Shown here: in pieces, positions 23,542 to 35,500 of the stretch
Layout: every line of letters begins with the position of its first letter
How positions within the stretch are numbered: position 1 is the stretch's first letter
Assembly (NCBI GenBank): GCA_002811645.1
Contig: PDIP01000023.1
Coordinates: 23,439-87,438 of the forward strand
From: Corallochytrium limacisporum Hawaii
Taxonomy: Eukaryota > Protista > Pluriformea
Length of the DNA stretch: 64,000 bases
Direction: 5' to 3'
Program-made: the position numbers and the translations under genes
The notes under the pieces: generated by a model
Told to the model about the DNA's origin: nothing
The model's input: the letters and a program-made list of their open reading frames with translations, nothing else
The model's database searches: none

Positions 23542-24570
23542 TCACATGTCTTCATAGCGTTCTTCGTGCCCACAAGTCTTGCACGTCCGGACCATGGTGC
23601 CTGGATCTTCAGGATCCTCCATCTCGGGTCCATACTCGTGCTCATGCTCTTGCTCGTTGGCTTTGAGATGGATCAATTCACCAGCACGGACCTGGCGACG
23701 AAGGTCTCGGATCTGCTTCTCGTAACGATTCTTGCGCCGATTCGATGCCAAGGCCTTGCGTCGTTCTTTCTCCTCCTCAATGGCCATCTCATCGCCCCAC
23801 TTGTTGAATGCAACATCTTCGACCTGAGCCTTAAGATATAGCTTCATCTGTGTCCACTTGATGTTTCGTGGATTTGCTTTCGCAATGAACTTCAGACTGG
23901 CCAAGTCCTCGTCTGCCAACACATACTCTTCTTGAGCAGTTCCCTTAGTCACGAGTTGATAATCGTCATATTGGTCCCGGCACTGGTCACAGATCTTGGC
24001 GCCAAAGTCTTCAAAGAGCTTAGAGGTTAGAAATTTTCTCTCGCACTCCTCACATGCCCACTCCTGTGCAGATATGACCACTGGCGGTTCTCTACGAATG
24101 ACACGCTCGGGTTCTTCTCGAATATTGCCATCTTCGTCCTCTGGGAACAAGAAGCCGGCATTTGTATCAACCCATGTACTCTTCTGCAGGCCACTATTTC
24201 GAACACCGTCCAGAGATCCTACTCTACCGTCCTGCACGTCTGCTACACGATAACCCGCCAGTCGTGACTCTCGCAGCTTCTTGGCACGTTCTTTGTTCTT
24301 CTCCATGCGCTGGAGCTGGCGTTTGCTTAATTTATCTGGGGCTTTCTCAGTTCCTGAGACCGCCTTGCGATTCTCCGGTCTGGTGGAAGCCAAGTATTGG
24401 TTTACCAGGTCTTCTTCCCATTCATTGGCAGTTAGGCGACTGGTTATCCCTGTGTCTGTGTTCTCATCAGTCTTGGTCCGTTTACTTCCAGACGGCCCAT
24501 CTCCGTCCGGAAGACCGGCGCCGCGCTTGACCGTTCCGCCACTCTGTCCTTTGTCATCGTGCTCACCCAT
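23542..24570 (-). CDS. XPA: DNA repair protein XPA/Rad14
   Basis: DTNAGF, C4 zinc finger (CEEC...CDQC), ANPR...W..MKLYL, C-terminal HEHEYG...CKTCG. Confidence 0.93.
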   Translation of the reverse strand: MGEHDDKGQSGGTVKRGAGLPDGDGPSGSKRTKTDENTDTGITSRLTANEWEEDLVNQYLASTRPENRKAVSGTEKAPDKLSKRQLQRMEKNKERAKKLRESRLAGYRVADVQDGRVGSLDGVRNSGLQKSTWVDTNAGFLFPEDEDGNIREEPERVIRREPPVVISAQEWACEECERKFLTSKLFEDFGAKICDQCRDQYDDYQLVTKGTAQEEYVLADEDLASLKFIAKANPRNIKWTQMKLYLKAQVEDVAFNKWGDEMAIEEEKERRKALASNRRKNRYEKQIRDLRRQVRAGELIHLKANEQEHEHEYGPEMEDPEDPGTMVRTCKTCGHEERYEDM

Positions 24571-25149
24571 GGTTTGTGATTTGCATCACAGTACATGGCA
24601 TGGTTGCGCAAGATCCACACATCTGGATACAGATCTTGTATATCTTTCTTCAAGGACCTTAGCTCACTTTTCCTGCGGTACTTTTCGGCACGTCGGTAGG
24701 ACGCTTTGGGCCTCCCTCCCGGCGGCGCGGGTTCTGGAAAGTGCTCTACCAGGAGGGGTAGGCGGCGGGTTGGGGTTGGTTTCCCCAATGCTGCACAGTA
24801 AGAGAAACCCGCGGATTATCACACAATTGGCGGGGAGGGGCATGCGAGGTCCCAAAGCAAATTGAAGTCGTACAATTGTAGGAGGAATGGATGTCACGGG
24901 TTCGCATCGCATGGGATGCGAAACCGTGTCGATGGCCCTTACTGATAGGCAGGGCACAAAGATGCAGCGATAGCGCGCCGCAGGACAGTATATTATATGT
25001 TACAAGTCTGATACCCGGACCCCGGCAAAAATGATAATTCGATTTCCCGGTTGGAATGATGCCGGTACCAACAACAGATGCTTAGAACCCAATTCGCGCA
25101 CGCAGTACTAAACCCCAGACCTCCAACCGAGGTGCTTCCTTGAAGCCAA

Positions 25150-26448
25150 TTAGTAGCGGTAGTGCTCAGGCTTGAAGGGACCCTCGATGGACAGACCGAG
25201 GTACTCGGCCTGTTCCTCGCGGAGGGTGGTCAGCTTGACGTTCAGCTTAGCCAGATGCAGGCGAGCGACCTCTTCGTCGAGCTTCTTGGGCAGCATGTGG
25301 ACACCGATAGTGTACTTTGCGGCGTTCTCCCACAGCTCAATCTGGGCCAGAACCTGGTTAGTGAAAGAGTTGGACATGACGAAAGAGGGGTGACCAGTGG
25401 CACAGCCGAGGTTCACGAGACGGCCCTGAGCGAGCAGGATGAGGTGCTTGCCAGAGTCCATGGTGTAGCGGTCGACCTGTGGCTTGATGGTGGAACGATC
25501 TTTGGCGTTCTTGTTAAGCCAGGCAACGTCAATCTCGCAGTCAAAGTGACCAATGTTGCAGACGATGGCGTCGTCCAGCATCTTGCCCATGTGTTCACTG
25601 GTAATGATGTCGCGACAGCCAGTGGTGGTGACGAAGATGTGGGAGCGCTCAACAGCATCCTCCATAGTGGTAACCTCAAACCCTTCCATGGCAGCCTGGA
25701 GGGCATTGATGGGATCGATCTCAGAGACGATAACACGGGCACCCATAGCCTTAAGGGACAGAGCACAACCCTTGCCGACATCACCGTAGCCAGCAACGAA
25801 AGCAGTCTTACCGGCAATCATGACATCGGTGGCGCGCTTGATACCGTCGATGAGAGACTCGCGGCAGCCGTACAGGTTGTCGAACTTGGACTTTGTCACA
25901 GAGTCGTTGACGTTGATGGCAGGAACCTTGAGCTTGTCCTCCTTCAACAGCTTGTAGAGGTTGTGCACACCGGTGGTGGTCTCCTCAGACAGACCCTTAA
26001 TACCCTCGAGAAGCTGGGGGAAGTCGTTGTGGACCTTCATGGTCAGGTCACCACCGTCGTCGAGAATCATGTTCAGGGGCTGACCATCGGGCCAGTGCAG
26101 AGTCTGCTCAATGCACCACTCATACTCTTCGTCGGTCTCACCCTTCCAGGCAAAGACGGGGACGTCGGCAGCAGCGATGGCAGCAGCAGCGTGGTCCTGG
26201 GTGGAGAAAATGTTGCAGGAAGACCACTGGACTTCGGCACCGAGCTCGGTCAGGGTCTCGATCAGGACGGCAGTCTGGATGGTCATGTGCAGACAGCCAG
26301 CAATGCGAGCGCCCTTCAGGGGCTTGGAGGGACCGTAGCGCTTACGCATCTCCATGAGACCGGGCATCTCATTCTCGGCGATCTCGATCTCCTTGCGGCC
26401 CCAGTCGGCCAGGTTGATATCAGCAACTTTGTACTTTGCGGCGACCAT
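25150..26448 (-). CDS. AHCY: Adenosylhomocysteinase (SAH hydrolase)
   Basis: [45 protein letters not shown]-terminal HYRY; ATG at 26448. Confidence 0.98.
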   Translation of the reverse strand: MVAAKYKVADINLADWGRKEIEIAENEMPGLMEMRKRYGPSKPLKGARIAGCLHMTIQTAVLIETLTELGAEVQWSSCNIFSTQDHAAAAIAAADVPVFAWKGETDEEYEWCIEQTLHWPDGQPLNMILDDGGDLTMKVHNDFPQLLEGIKGLSEETTTGVHNLYKLLKEDKLKVPAINVNDSVTKSKFDNLYGCRESLIDGIKRATDVMIAGKTAFVAGYGDVGKGCALSLKAMGARVIVSEIDPINALQAAMEGFEVTTMEDAVERSHIFVTTTGCRDIITSEHMGKMLDDAIVCNIGHFDCEIDVAWLNKNAKDRSTIKPQVDRYTMDSGKHLILLAQGRLVNLGCATGHPSFVMSNSFTNQVLAQIELWENAAKYTIGVHMLPKKLDEEVARLHLAKLNVKLTTLREEQAEYLGLSIEGPFKPEHYRY

Positions 26449-28319
26449 TTTGAACAAATGATAACTAAGAACTATACCAATGTATGTCTTGATTGGACAG
26501 ACTATGCTGAACTCAGACGTAAGTAAACACGTTTCAAGTACCTCTTTGCTGTGTGTTAGAGCAGTTCCAAGTATGGGTGTGTCGCCCAAGGGGTCCAAAC
26601 GCTCCGTAGCCTCGAGTCCCCTATTACTCTTTTAACACACGACTAGACATAGAATCGGGGATCAAACTTCCACAGTGTGTCAGCTGGTTCACACAAACAA
26701 AACGCAAACAGTTGCACACCGCCGGGCTTTTGTTCGCAAAGCGGATCACCTCGGAACAAGCATTAAGGGGGACCGTACGATCCCAGGTCCCACCCTTCAG
26801 ACCCCAAACCGAGCGTGCCACGCACCTTGCGCTGAGCCCTCTCATTGGTCAGCTGAATGGGTTGGCCCCCTTTTGCTTCCGGAACAAAGCGCGCCAAAGC
26901 AGTGGTGGGATAAGGGGGTTTGTTTCGTGGCGTCATCAAACAGAGATTGGCAGCCAAGCCAAAAGCAAAGAAAGAGGGAAAAAAAAAGCCACTCTGTCAC
27001 GAAATTGCATGAGGAGGGTGGGGGTGCAAATGGGACGGCCATGACAAAAAGGCGAGACTGAAAGGTTTTCTCCTTCTTTGGGTGAGTAGTCGGAGTCCGG
27101 GTTTATTTTTAGAGAGGGGAACTCCACAACCCTTGTGATCGGTGTGGATAGGTTCTAATATCCATCACAAGGATTGGGGTACTTCGTCGACAATGATTGA
27201 GTCATTGATGCAGGTGCATGTGCAGTTTATTCCGAGACCAACTGCTTAGGTAGTCCATCTTCCTGTACCATGAGCCGGGTGTTGCAGAAAGAAGACTGGT
27301 TTTGCCACCCACCGGAACTTGGGTGGTTCAGTAGTACCCTTGGCATACTACTTCCTCCCCCTTCCTCAGTTCTCAACACGTTCGTGATACCAAGCAATGG
27401 ATTATAAACCACGTGGGATAGAGCGACACTGGTCGTGAGCTGAGAATTACCGTATGTTTCCGTAAAACGGAAAAAGAAAAACATCACACGGGGGAAGAGG
27501 GGGACCGGACCTGATTGAATCTTGATCGTGCAGTTGTTCAAAAGTAGCGACGGGGATTCTGCAACAGTCCTCAGCCATGCGGGTTCCCACACAGTGGACT
27601 CCGCCTTTTCTCATAGATTTGGTATAATACCTAGAATGAATGTCCACCCTATGCACGTATTACTGTAGACTGACTATCCGTTTGTCGTCTCATTTCAAAG
27701 CCAAAGTGAGTCACAGCTGTAGTGACCCTGTATTGCTGTAGGTTTCTTTTGCTGTGCTTGCATCCTGCAAAACTATGGTTGCCTGCAGGCATAGAGGGCT
27801 AAGGATGGCGCTTGTGTGCTTTAGAAGATTATGTGCGACCCATCCGCGCAGTAAGCCATCAGCGTCATTTCATCTTCTGCTGTGTCAAGTCTACCAGTTC
27901 GTCGTGTCTATTCATAAGGAGCAGCTGCGCACATCATTGTTTTGCCTTTTACCAAACAAATTCAGGACCTCAGTGCATAGTCAACACTCTGGGACCTTTC
28001 TGCGGGCTTGATTTGAGACTGGCTGTGGTATGGTATCATATGGGTATATTGTGCAGAGAGAGAGGCAATGAATCCCGGCATCGATACTAACCTCCGGACC
28101 TCGCCATGCAATGGGCATCACCCAGACGGAATGTTAAGGGGCCCGCACTCGCGCTCCACGTGGCTAGGCACCTTCAAAGACATGAGCAAGGAGTTGCTCA
28201 TCAGCAAAAGTCTGAGCACGACTAAGATGATTCTCTGACACTGCGGATGATTTCCACTGAAGCCGCAGTTGGGTTCCCATCCGCTCCTGCTCTGTCCAAA
28301 TAGAGGATACCAAGAATGC

Positions 28320-28510
28320 AGTACATTGAGTATTCCAATGATCGCGCATGTCATTGACGGCCTCAAGCTTCCTTGAAAGCCTGACGCCATTTGGTATTCC
28401 GAATTCCGTATATGGAAATGGATCGCAGGTGGGACGTCAGAATGCGGTACATTCACTATGAGGTTCCCTTCCCGTGCTCACACGGCACCACATGACAGTA
28501 CATTCAGTAC
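28320..28510 (-). promoter_or_regulatory. Cluster of three TA[GC]TSAATGTAC motifs
   Basis: On the minus strand: TACTCAATGTACT (28320-28332), CATAGTGAATGTACC (28446-28460), GTACTGAATGTACT (28497-28510). Confidence 0.6.
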
Positions 28511-28836
28511 CTGCTTTGCCCGGAAAACATCAACAGGTTTCAATGGCCATTAACCAAAACATTGTGTAGACCCGCCGCACACCCGCAAATGCAGGGGGTA
28601 GTTCTCAGAGAGTGTCGGTTGATTGGCCGGCCCGAGCCGAGCGATGGGTTGCCGTTTGGTGCGAGCCCTCTTGCGGCATCCGGAAATAGCCAGTGCTGTT
28701 GCGAAGGACAAAGTGGTCCTGATGTGACGCAGGGCGTGGAATTCAGGTACGAAATAGAGCCAAAACACAACACGTGATAGGTGACATATCTGATCAATGA
28801 TATCGGGGCATGTGATACAGGAACACATATCCAGCC

Positions 28837-29310
28837 ATGTCTATGCTTGCTCAGCTTTCCCGCACCGTTCTGCGGTCACGGGCTATGCTCGCTCCTCAGC
28901 AGATGAAGGCCGGTTTCTCCTCTTCGGCCTTTCTGAAAGTCCGCTACTTCTCCGAGGAACACGAGTGGCTGGATGTTAATGACGGTGTGGGCACTCTGGG
29001 TATTACCAACTTCGCTCAGGACCAGCTCGGTGATGTTGTGTACGTTGAGCTCGCTGAAGTCGGCAATGAGTACGAAAAGGGACAGGAGTGCGGTGCTGTG
29101 GAGTCTGTCAAAGCTGCTTCTGAGATCTATGCTCCCATCAGCGGTGAGGTTGTTGAGGTGAACGAGGATCTGGTCGAGAACCCTGGCTTGGTGAACTCCT
29201 CGCCTGAGGCCGATGGTTGGATGTGCAAGATTAAGCTCTCCGACCCCAGTGAACTCGACGACATGATGGACGAGGCTGCCTACGATGCCTTCGTGAAGGG
29301 CCAGAGCTAA
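28837..29310 (+). CDS. GCSH: Glycine cleavage system H protein, mitochondrial
   Basis: Basic presequence, [21 protein letters not shown], lipoyl-Lys motif [11 protein letters not shown]. Confidence 0.97.
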   Translation: MSMLAQLSRTVLRSRAMLAPQQMKAGFSSSAFLKVRYFSEEHEWLDVNDGVGTLGITNFAQDQLGDVVYVELAEVGNEYEKGQECGAVESVKAASEIYAPISGEVVEVNEDLVENPGLVNSSPEADGWMCKIKLSDPSELDDMMDEAAYDAFVKGQS

Positions 29311-29439
29311 TTTGAGCCCAGCATAACTTTAACATATTAGACGGATCCCGTTCAAGCAGCAAGAATTGCATAGAGAGTTCTTGACATCTTTAATGTTTAC
29401 CATCATAAACGGCTTGCCCCCATACACGAAATGTATTTC

Positions 29440-32037
29440 CTAGTTATACACTACAGTGACAGTTGGCAGGCTGGAAAGCTCCCTGTAAATTTGTTGAAGG
29501 CGATCGTCAAGATCAGACGTGAACACCTCCGAGTGGAGAGGAACGTTCAGAGCCGTGATATTGCGATAGTACTTGCGACCTATAGCGCGGAGACGTCCCA
29601 GTGCCATGCGCTCTGCGGAGACACTCATTCTGTTTTCTCCAAGTAGCTCCTGGAGCTTCTTGACCATTCTGGAAAACACGGTGGTGAATGCAACCTTCTG
29701 GTCAACGCCAGCGGTGTCATGCTTCCGTTGCCACTCTTCCACCTTCATCTCGCTACTCGTTCTGTGATCTCCATTCTCTGCGTCTGCTGGCGCCTTTACG
29801 GCTTCCTCCTGGGCTTCCTTGAGCTTCTCCTGCACGAGGTTGCGGCGAAGAGCCAGCTTTGCGAGTACACCGTCTAAGATACTCCAGTATACAGGCCTCT
29901 CCCACGTGTCACGCCGGTTCAGAATCCAGGTGATGGTGGATTCTGTGTCCACCAGGCGGTAGATTGCATAACGATCCATGATCATGGTGATCATCTGGGT
30001 ATTGGCCTCCCACAGACATCCTACCACCTCAGTGATCGTCAGGCGGTACGCTGATGTCGCGTTCGCCTCGTTGTTTAGGCCCCACAGTTCGTGGATCATC
30101 CCGAGGTACACTTCGGTAAGGGAGATCAAATGGCTATATGACTTCTTGCCATTTGTCAAAATTGCAGCCATCAGGTGCTTCAACAGGGCTTCTTTGTCCG
30201 CATCGGAATGATTTTCAAGTGCGGTACCATTCGATTCCGGTGGTTTCTCACCTTCATGGATCTCCAAAGTGGATAGTTCCTGCTTCAATTCATCCGCAGG
30301 GGCCCGTCTGCTGACTGTTGCCATCAGTTGCCGGAACAGCTTTGGGTTCAGCCCAAGACCAATGGTGTCCACACCATCGTCACCAGGAAGTGCGGCCTTG
30401 AAGTAGCGATCGGCAGGAATCATCTCCTTGACCGGCAGGGCGGCCTTCTGAAGTTTCTCTTTGTATGTTAGTCTCATGCACTTTTCCAACAAGTGCCTCA
30501 CAAATATTGTAATTGTAAGGTCCTGGCCACCAGATTCTTCATCTTTGATCGTTTCAGAAAGCCCCCCCCATTCGAACCTGAAGTCGAAATTGGACAGATG
30601 GAAACTCAAAGCATCCGCAAGACGATCAGTCACCTCAATATCAAGGTCTCTCAGCTGTCCCAGCATTCGCTTTACACCCTTGCTGAATGCGGCGGGGACG
30701 GGAGAGTCTCTAGAACGGCACATTTCCACCAAGATCGAGGAAAAGTACACCGGTTTCGAGAAAGTGTGGGGCAATCTGAACAGCTCTCCGAACAAGCATT
30801 CCACAATAGTAAACTCCAGCGGCATAGGTTCCTTCGGTTTCATATTCTCAATCAACTGCATGGCCTCCATACGATGGTGGGGATACAAATGAATGATGTC
30901 ACGGACCTGTTCTTCCAACAAAAAGCGCTCGATCGATGCAAATTCCGGTATCGGAAGTCCCTCTGGGCCATCGTCGGGTTTGAACAATTCAAACCTCAAC
31001 TGACTCAAGGGCCATGTCCGCTCGGGTGCTGGAGATGGCAATGAGATTGGAGGCAATGGATGCACATTGGCTTTCTCAGTCCACCGATCTTTGTATTGCT
31101 GATAAAACCGCATCAAAACCCTATCCGCCCAAGTGTTCTGCCTCATCTGCGAAATCTGCGCCCACAAATTGTCCAAATAGTCCACCTGTGCCACATCATT
31201 TGTACGAGTAATGCAGCTAATCATTCCAAGGTAGGACTTTTTCCTGCCATTCAAGTATTCCTCGATCTGTGACAACCATGTCTGTAGGCAGTTCTCATCC
31301 ATGACATCAATTGCAACCCAGGGGACACTACTTAAGACTATGTATGCCATCAAGTCCCGAAACTCTTGAGCCAGATTTTCGTTCATGACCAGTTGCAGAA
31401 AAGTTGCGACCAGTTCGTTTGCGCCATCGACACTAATAACACCAACACTTACGAGGCTGAGCATAAAGCGGAAACGGAGCTTTAGAGCAAGCATATCAGC
31501 CTCCTCGTATGATCTGTTGATGCGTTGGCCCATTTCCTGAACAAAGTCGCCGACAAAAAGGGGTGACGTTGTGTTCAGCAGACCAATCACTGTAGTGTAC
31601 ATATGCACAGACTGAGGAAGTTCGCATGCACATGCAAGCAGAGCCTTCCTAATTTCCTCATTCGCCCCGGCATCCCGTTTCATGACCGCCTCGATGTGTT
31701 CGTAGAGATCGAACAATTCCTGTGCATTGGTACGGGAAAGTTTTCCTGGCTTAATAATTCCCTTGCGTGTCGCGAGATATGGGTTGTCTTTCTCATTAAA
31801 AGCTGGAAACAACTGTCCGGCCATGAGCTTTCGCCTACGCTTGTGTCCTGAGCCTGGGGTCGAATTGCGAGTTGTCTCTATGTTTGAAAGGGGTTGCCGA
31901 GTATCTAGTTTCTCTTCTCCACGATCAATTTCACCCTCTTGTCGCCTACGTGCAAAGCGGTCCACCTCTTCCTCATCTTCAGACGAATCGGGACTGCGGT
32001 CGCGCTTCAACCCCGCGCGTCCTGCGTCCTCCTCCAT
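29440..32037 (-). CDS. NCBP1: Nuclear cap-binding protein subunit 1 (CBP80)
   Basis: KRRRK NLS, MIF4G-like repeats with YTTVIGLLN, FGELFRLP, SFHLSNFDFRFEW, KSYSH. Confidence 0.9.
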   Translation of the reverse strand: MEEDAGRAGLKRDRSPDSSEDEEEVDRFARRRQEGEIDRGEEKLDTRQPLSNIETTRNSTPGSGHKRRRKLMAGQLFPAFNEKDNPYLATRKGIIKPGKLSRTNAQELFDLYEHIEAVMKRDAGANEEIRKALLACACELPQSVHMYTTVIGLLNTTSPLFVGDFVQEMGQRINRSYEEADMLALKLRFRFMLSLVSVGVISVDGANELVATFLQLVMNENLAQEFRDLMAYIVLSSVPWVAIDVMDENCLQTWLSQIEEYLNGRKKSYLGMISCITRTNDVAQVDYLDNLWAQISQMRQNTWADRVLMRFYQQYKDRWTEKANVHPLPPISLPSPAPERTWPLSQLRFELFKPDDGPEGLPIPEFASIERFLLEEQVRDIIHLYPHHRMEAMQLIENMKPKEPMPLEFTIVECLFGELFRLPHTFSKPVYFSSILVEMCRSRDSPVPAAFSKGVKRMLGQLRDLDIEVTDRLADALSFHLSNFDFRFEWGGLSETIKDEESGGQDLTITIFVRHLLEKCMRLTYKEKLQKAALPVKEMIPADRYFKAALPGDDGVDTIGLGLNPKLFRQLMATVSRRAPADELKQELSTLEIHEGEKPPESNGTALENHSDADKEALLKHLMAAILTNGKKSYSHLISLTEVYLGMIHELWGLNNEANATSAYRLTITEVVGCLWEANTQMITMIMDRYAIYRLVDTESTITWILNRRDTWERPVYWSILDGVLAKLALRRNLVQEKLKEAQEEAVKAPADAENGDHRTSSEMKVEEWQRKHDTAGVDQKVAFTTVFSRMVKKLQELLGENRMSVSAERMALGRLRAIGRKYYRNITALNVPLHSEVFTSDLDDRLQQIYRELSSLPTVTVVYN

Positions 32038-32532
32038 GGTTCTAGCTTACGAACCCTCCTCCAATGGTTGGTACTGGATGCGATCAATCACATTTGGGTA
32101 TTCAATCTAACAAACCGAGTTCCAAATAAATTTGCAGCTACATATGCAAGCTAGTGTGGGGTAAATAAATGAATAACATTGCAAATTTTGCTAAATAGCC
32201 CCTTGGTCCAATCCTGTGCGCTTTCTCGCCAGCAGTTCACGACTTGAGGCCGAGCGAGCCCCCACTGACCCTCCCTTCTGGGAACACCCGGTAAATCAAT
32301 ATTTTGCCTTGGCGTTCCCTCCTCCTGCGAGTATGGACGGGTTCATCACAGTGCTCTTGGAACGTGTCGCGATTGTTCTTACTGGTATTTGAATGTTCAT
32401 ACCAATCACTGACTGCCCATTGTCACATAGTATCATTATGATGAAACTTAGATATAAAATGAACTAAATATGTGACAAAAAACATATTATCGTGAGCTCA
32501 GAAGGTGATAACTTTAGCCAACTCTTATAGAA

Positions 32533-35500
32533 ATGGTCAGTCGGGCTGCGATTATCGTCGAACAGCTGGGCCTCCCGGCAGACCAATATGTTGCGCGGGC
32601 GCAAGACCTTGGACTGGGATTGGGATACGTCATACTGGTCCCACACTTGTGGTTCGATCGACTGACGCAAGATCTAGTTTTTCCAGGACCATGTTCGGAC
32701 TTTGTAGGCTCAGATGCAGACCAGGGACTAGCTATGCCGCTGGAACCTGGCCACGCGCGGATTCTTTTGGAACCCAGTGTTCCGCCTGAACATGCATGGG
32801 AATTAAGATGGACCCCAGTGCGCCTTTCATACTTCACTGAAGATCTTTCCAATCAGGCGCAGTTCGTACTGAATGCGACGACTGATGCCGCACCTATCAT
32901 TTCTGCGAAAAACGGAAACATCCCCAAGGACGACCATGAACAGTCGACACCAATGTATCGGCAACGGCACCCCAATGTAGACGGAGTTCTAGCTTGCATA
33001 GATATTGATGGAAACCATCTTTTGCTCCACAGATACTACCGGCACACTTTATCCGACATCGCCGCTTTCTCGGCCAGAGCAGCACAGAATTGTCTAATCA
33101 GATGCACGTTCATGGTTTACCAAATGTGCCACGCTCTATTGGCTGCACATTGTAAGGATCTAATTCACGGCGCCATCCATCCTGAATGTCTGCACGTCGA
33201 CGACAACTTCAACGTTATTGTGACTGGGTTCCTTGCAGGGACAACTCCCCAGGCTGTTGTACACTCGCCAACGAGGCGCCTGACGAGTGTGACTGCATTT
33301 CACGACTTCAGTGATATCATGGACTCTTGGTTGTACGGAAGTATAAGCAACTACCAATATCTTATAGTTCTAAATTTTATGGCTGGGCGGCGTCGGGGTA
33401 ATCCAGCTCACCACCCCATTATGCCATGGGTGATCGACTTTGAACGGGCAAATGGTAACTACCGTGATCTACAGAAGTCTAAGCACCGACTGCAGAAGGG
33501 TGATGAGCAACTCGATCTTGCATATCGAACAGGTCTCAGGCATGCGGATCCGATGAAGCCAGCCCATCACATTGTCGAGCCACTATCCGACCTGGGTTAC
33601 TACACATATTTGGCACGTCGGTTGCCCCGCGCCGTCCTGCAACGGAACGTACGGAAGCAATGGGAACCGAAGGAGTATCCGGCCACCATACAGCGCGTGT
33701 ATGAATCCGCCCCAGATGAGTGCATTCCAGAGTTCTTTGATGACCCCACTGTTTTCAAGTCCACACACCCAGACATGGGGGATCTTGGGATTCCATCGTG
33801 GGCTGTCAGCCCAGAAGACTTCTGTGATAAGCACCTTCGGGCATTGGAATCTGACGAAGTGTCACGGAATCTCCATTATTGGATTGATCTCAACTTTGGC
33901 TGCTTGCTGTCGGGAAAGAAGAGCGTGGAGAATAAGAATGTCGCATCCACGATTGTGGATGATCACAATCTGCTCAAGAACCATGGCTTCACAGAGCTAT
34001 TTACCACGAGCCACCCGCCGCGCCTTATCGATGTCCCAGATACGCTCGGGAGGCCACTGCAGAGGGCTCTCCATGCTTTTGCAAGTGACACACAGATTCA
34101 CAACGAAACGTCATTGTCTGGCACACCTCGAATGAATACGAAGTTTCCGCGCAAAAATCGAAGCGAGGAATTCAGTACACCAGTGGCGTCTCAGGATGCA
34201 CCAAGGGTGCTTTCTATGCTGGCTCAGGTGAGCCATTTGGAGGATACGCGAGCCTTCGCCCTCTCAGCGTCGATTTCTGATGTGGATGAGACACCAGTTC
34301 CTAGCAATGCCAATCTACAGGGTGAAGAAGCGGAGATTGCCAAATTGCGACCCCCACACTATTCTCGTCGCTTGCAAATGGGATTTGACATGACAATGCT
34401 GGGCTGTGTGGCTGCACATCTAATGCTGGCTAGTTCAAAACAAGAGGCATCTCAGAGCGTTGGCAAACGGTACATCTACACATTGCGGAAACTGGCTTCT
34501 GATGACACCACGCTAGAGGACCAGACTCGTATTGCGAGATTTTTTGCCCAAGTGATTATGCTTCTTCCTCATCACCTTCAGGATCCACTGCAGAAGCTAC
34601 TGATGGCATCTGAGGAAGCTCGACACTCCGAAGTATTCAGCGCGGGTGCATTGATGGTGAATAGTCTCAGTGAGCTACCTCCTTACATGCCGTCGTACCA
34701 TGCATTCATCACTGCGTGTAACCTTGCCCCCGACCATGCGCTCCCCGCTATCTGCGCAGACATGGCGAATCAGGTTCTTGGCATGCAAAGCGAAGATCCT
34801 CTCACTTTGATCGTTCCGTACTATTGTACAGCAATCAAAGTGATTGAGCATGATGAGCACAAGCTGATGCATTTGCTTACAATTCTGAGCAACATGCTGG
34901 AGCCGGAATTCTTATCCAAGTACCTGAGGGCAGCTCTGGAACGCAAGTTTGAAAGCAGCCCAAACCTGATGATGAGCTGGCCAATGCACAATGTTATCAT
35001 CAGTTGCTTGGGGTTCAATTCCTATCTGGAGGGTTTCACACACTACACGTATGAAAACGTATGCAATCCGGACCCTAATGTTGCGAAGGAAGCTTGTGCA
35101 GTGTTCACCGAAACCCTTCGCTTCTGCGGACCATATGTGGGAGCCACTCGTCTCTTGCACCCGGCGCTCCTGTATTGGACATCATTTGTATCCGGTCAGT
35201 CAACACAGAGACATCCTCTTGATCCACAGTCGCCACGTGCATTGAACAGGGCGTCTTTGATGGACACATTGCATTTCATGGATGCGTGTATCTCGGCAGC
35301 TACGTCTCTATATGGTGATGCCCTACTCGTTCGTGTGCTGCTCCCCTTCCTGCAGAGTGTGACCACGACCATGGTTAGTTCCAATGGATCGCCCCAAAGG
35401 GAGAAGCAGGTGACGTTACTTTTGATGCTTATGACCTGGAACATGAGTTCAATGAGCTACCGAACTCTCCGTGATGAGGGAAATTGGATCTGTGATTCAA

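Noticed and set aside
23445-23666. Poly-Met and poly-His ORFs
   Set aside because: Artefacts of the (GAT)20 microsatellite.
25162-26526. 454-aa antisense ORF over AHCY (likewise 43161-44168 over FBL, 59893-60507 over RPL15, and those over CROT)
   Set aside because: Shadow ORFs from strong codon bias in highly expressed genes; no recognisable motifs.
27439-27530. GCTGAGAATTACCG resembling a TPP riboswitch segment
   Set aside because: The downstream conserved core of the aptamer is absent and no thiamine gene is adjacent.
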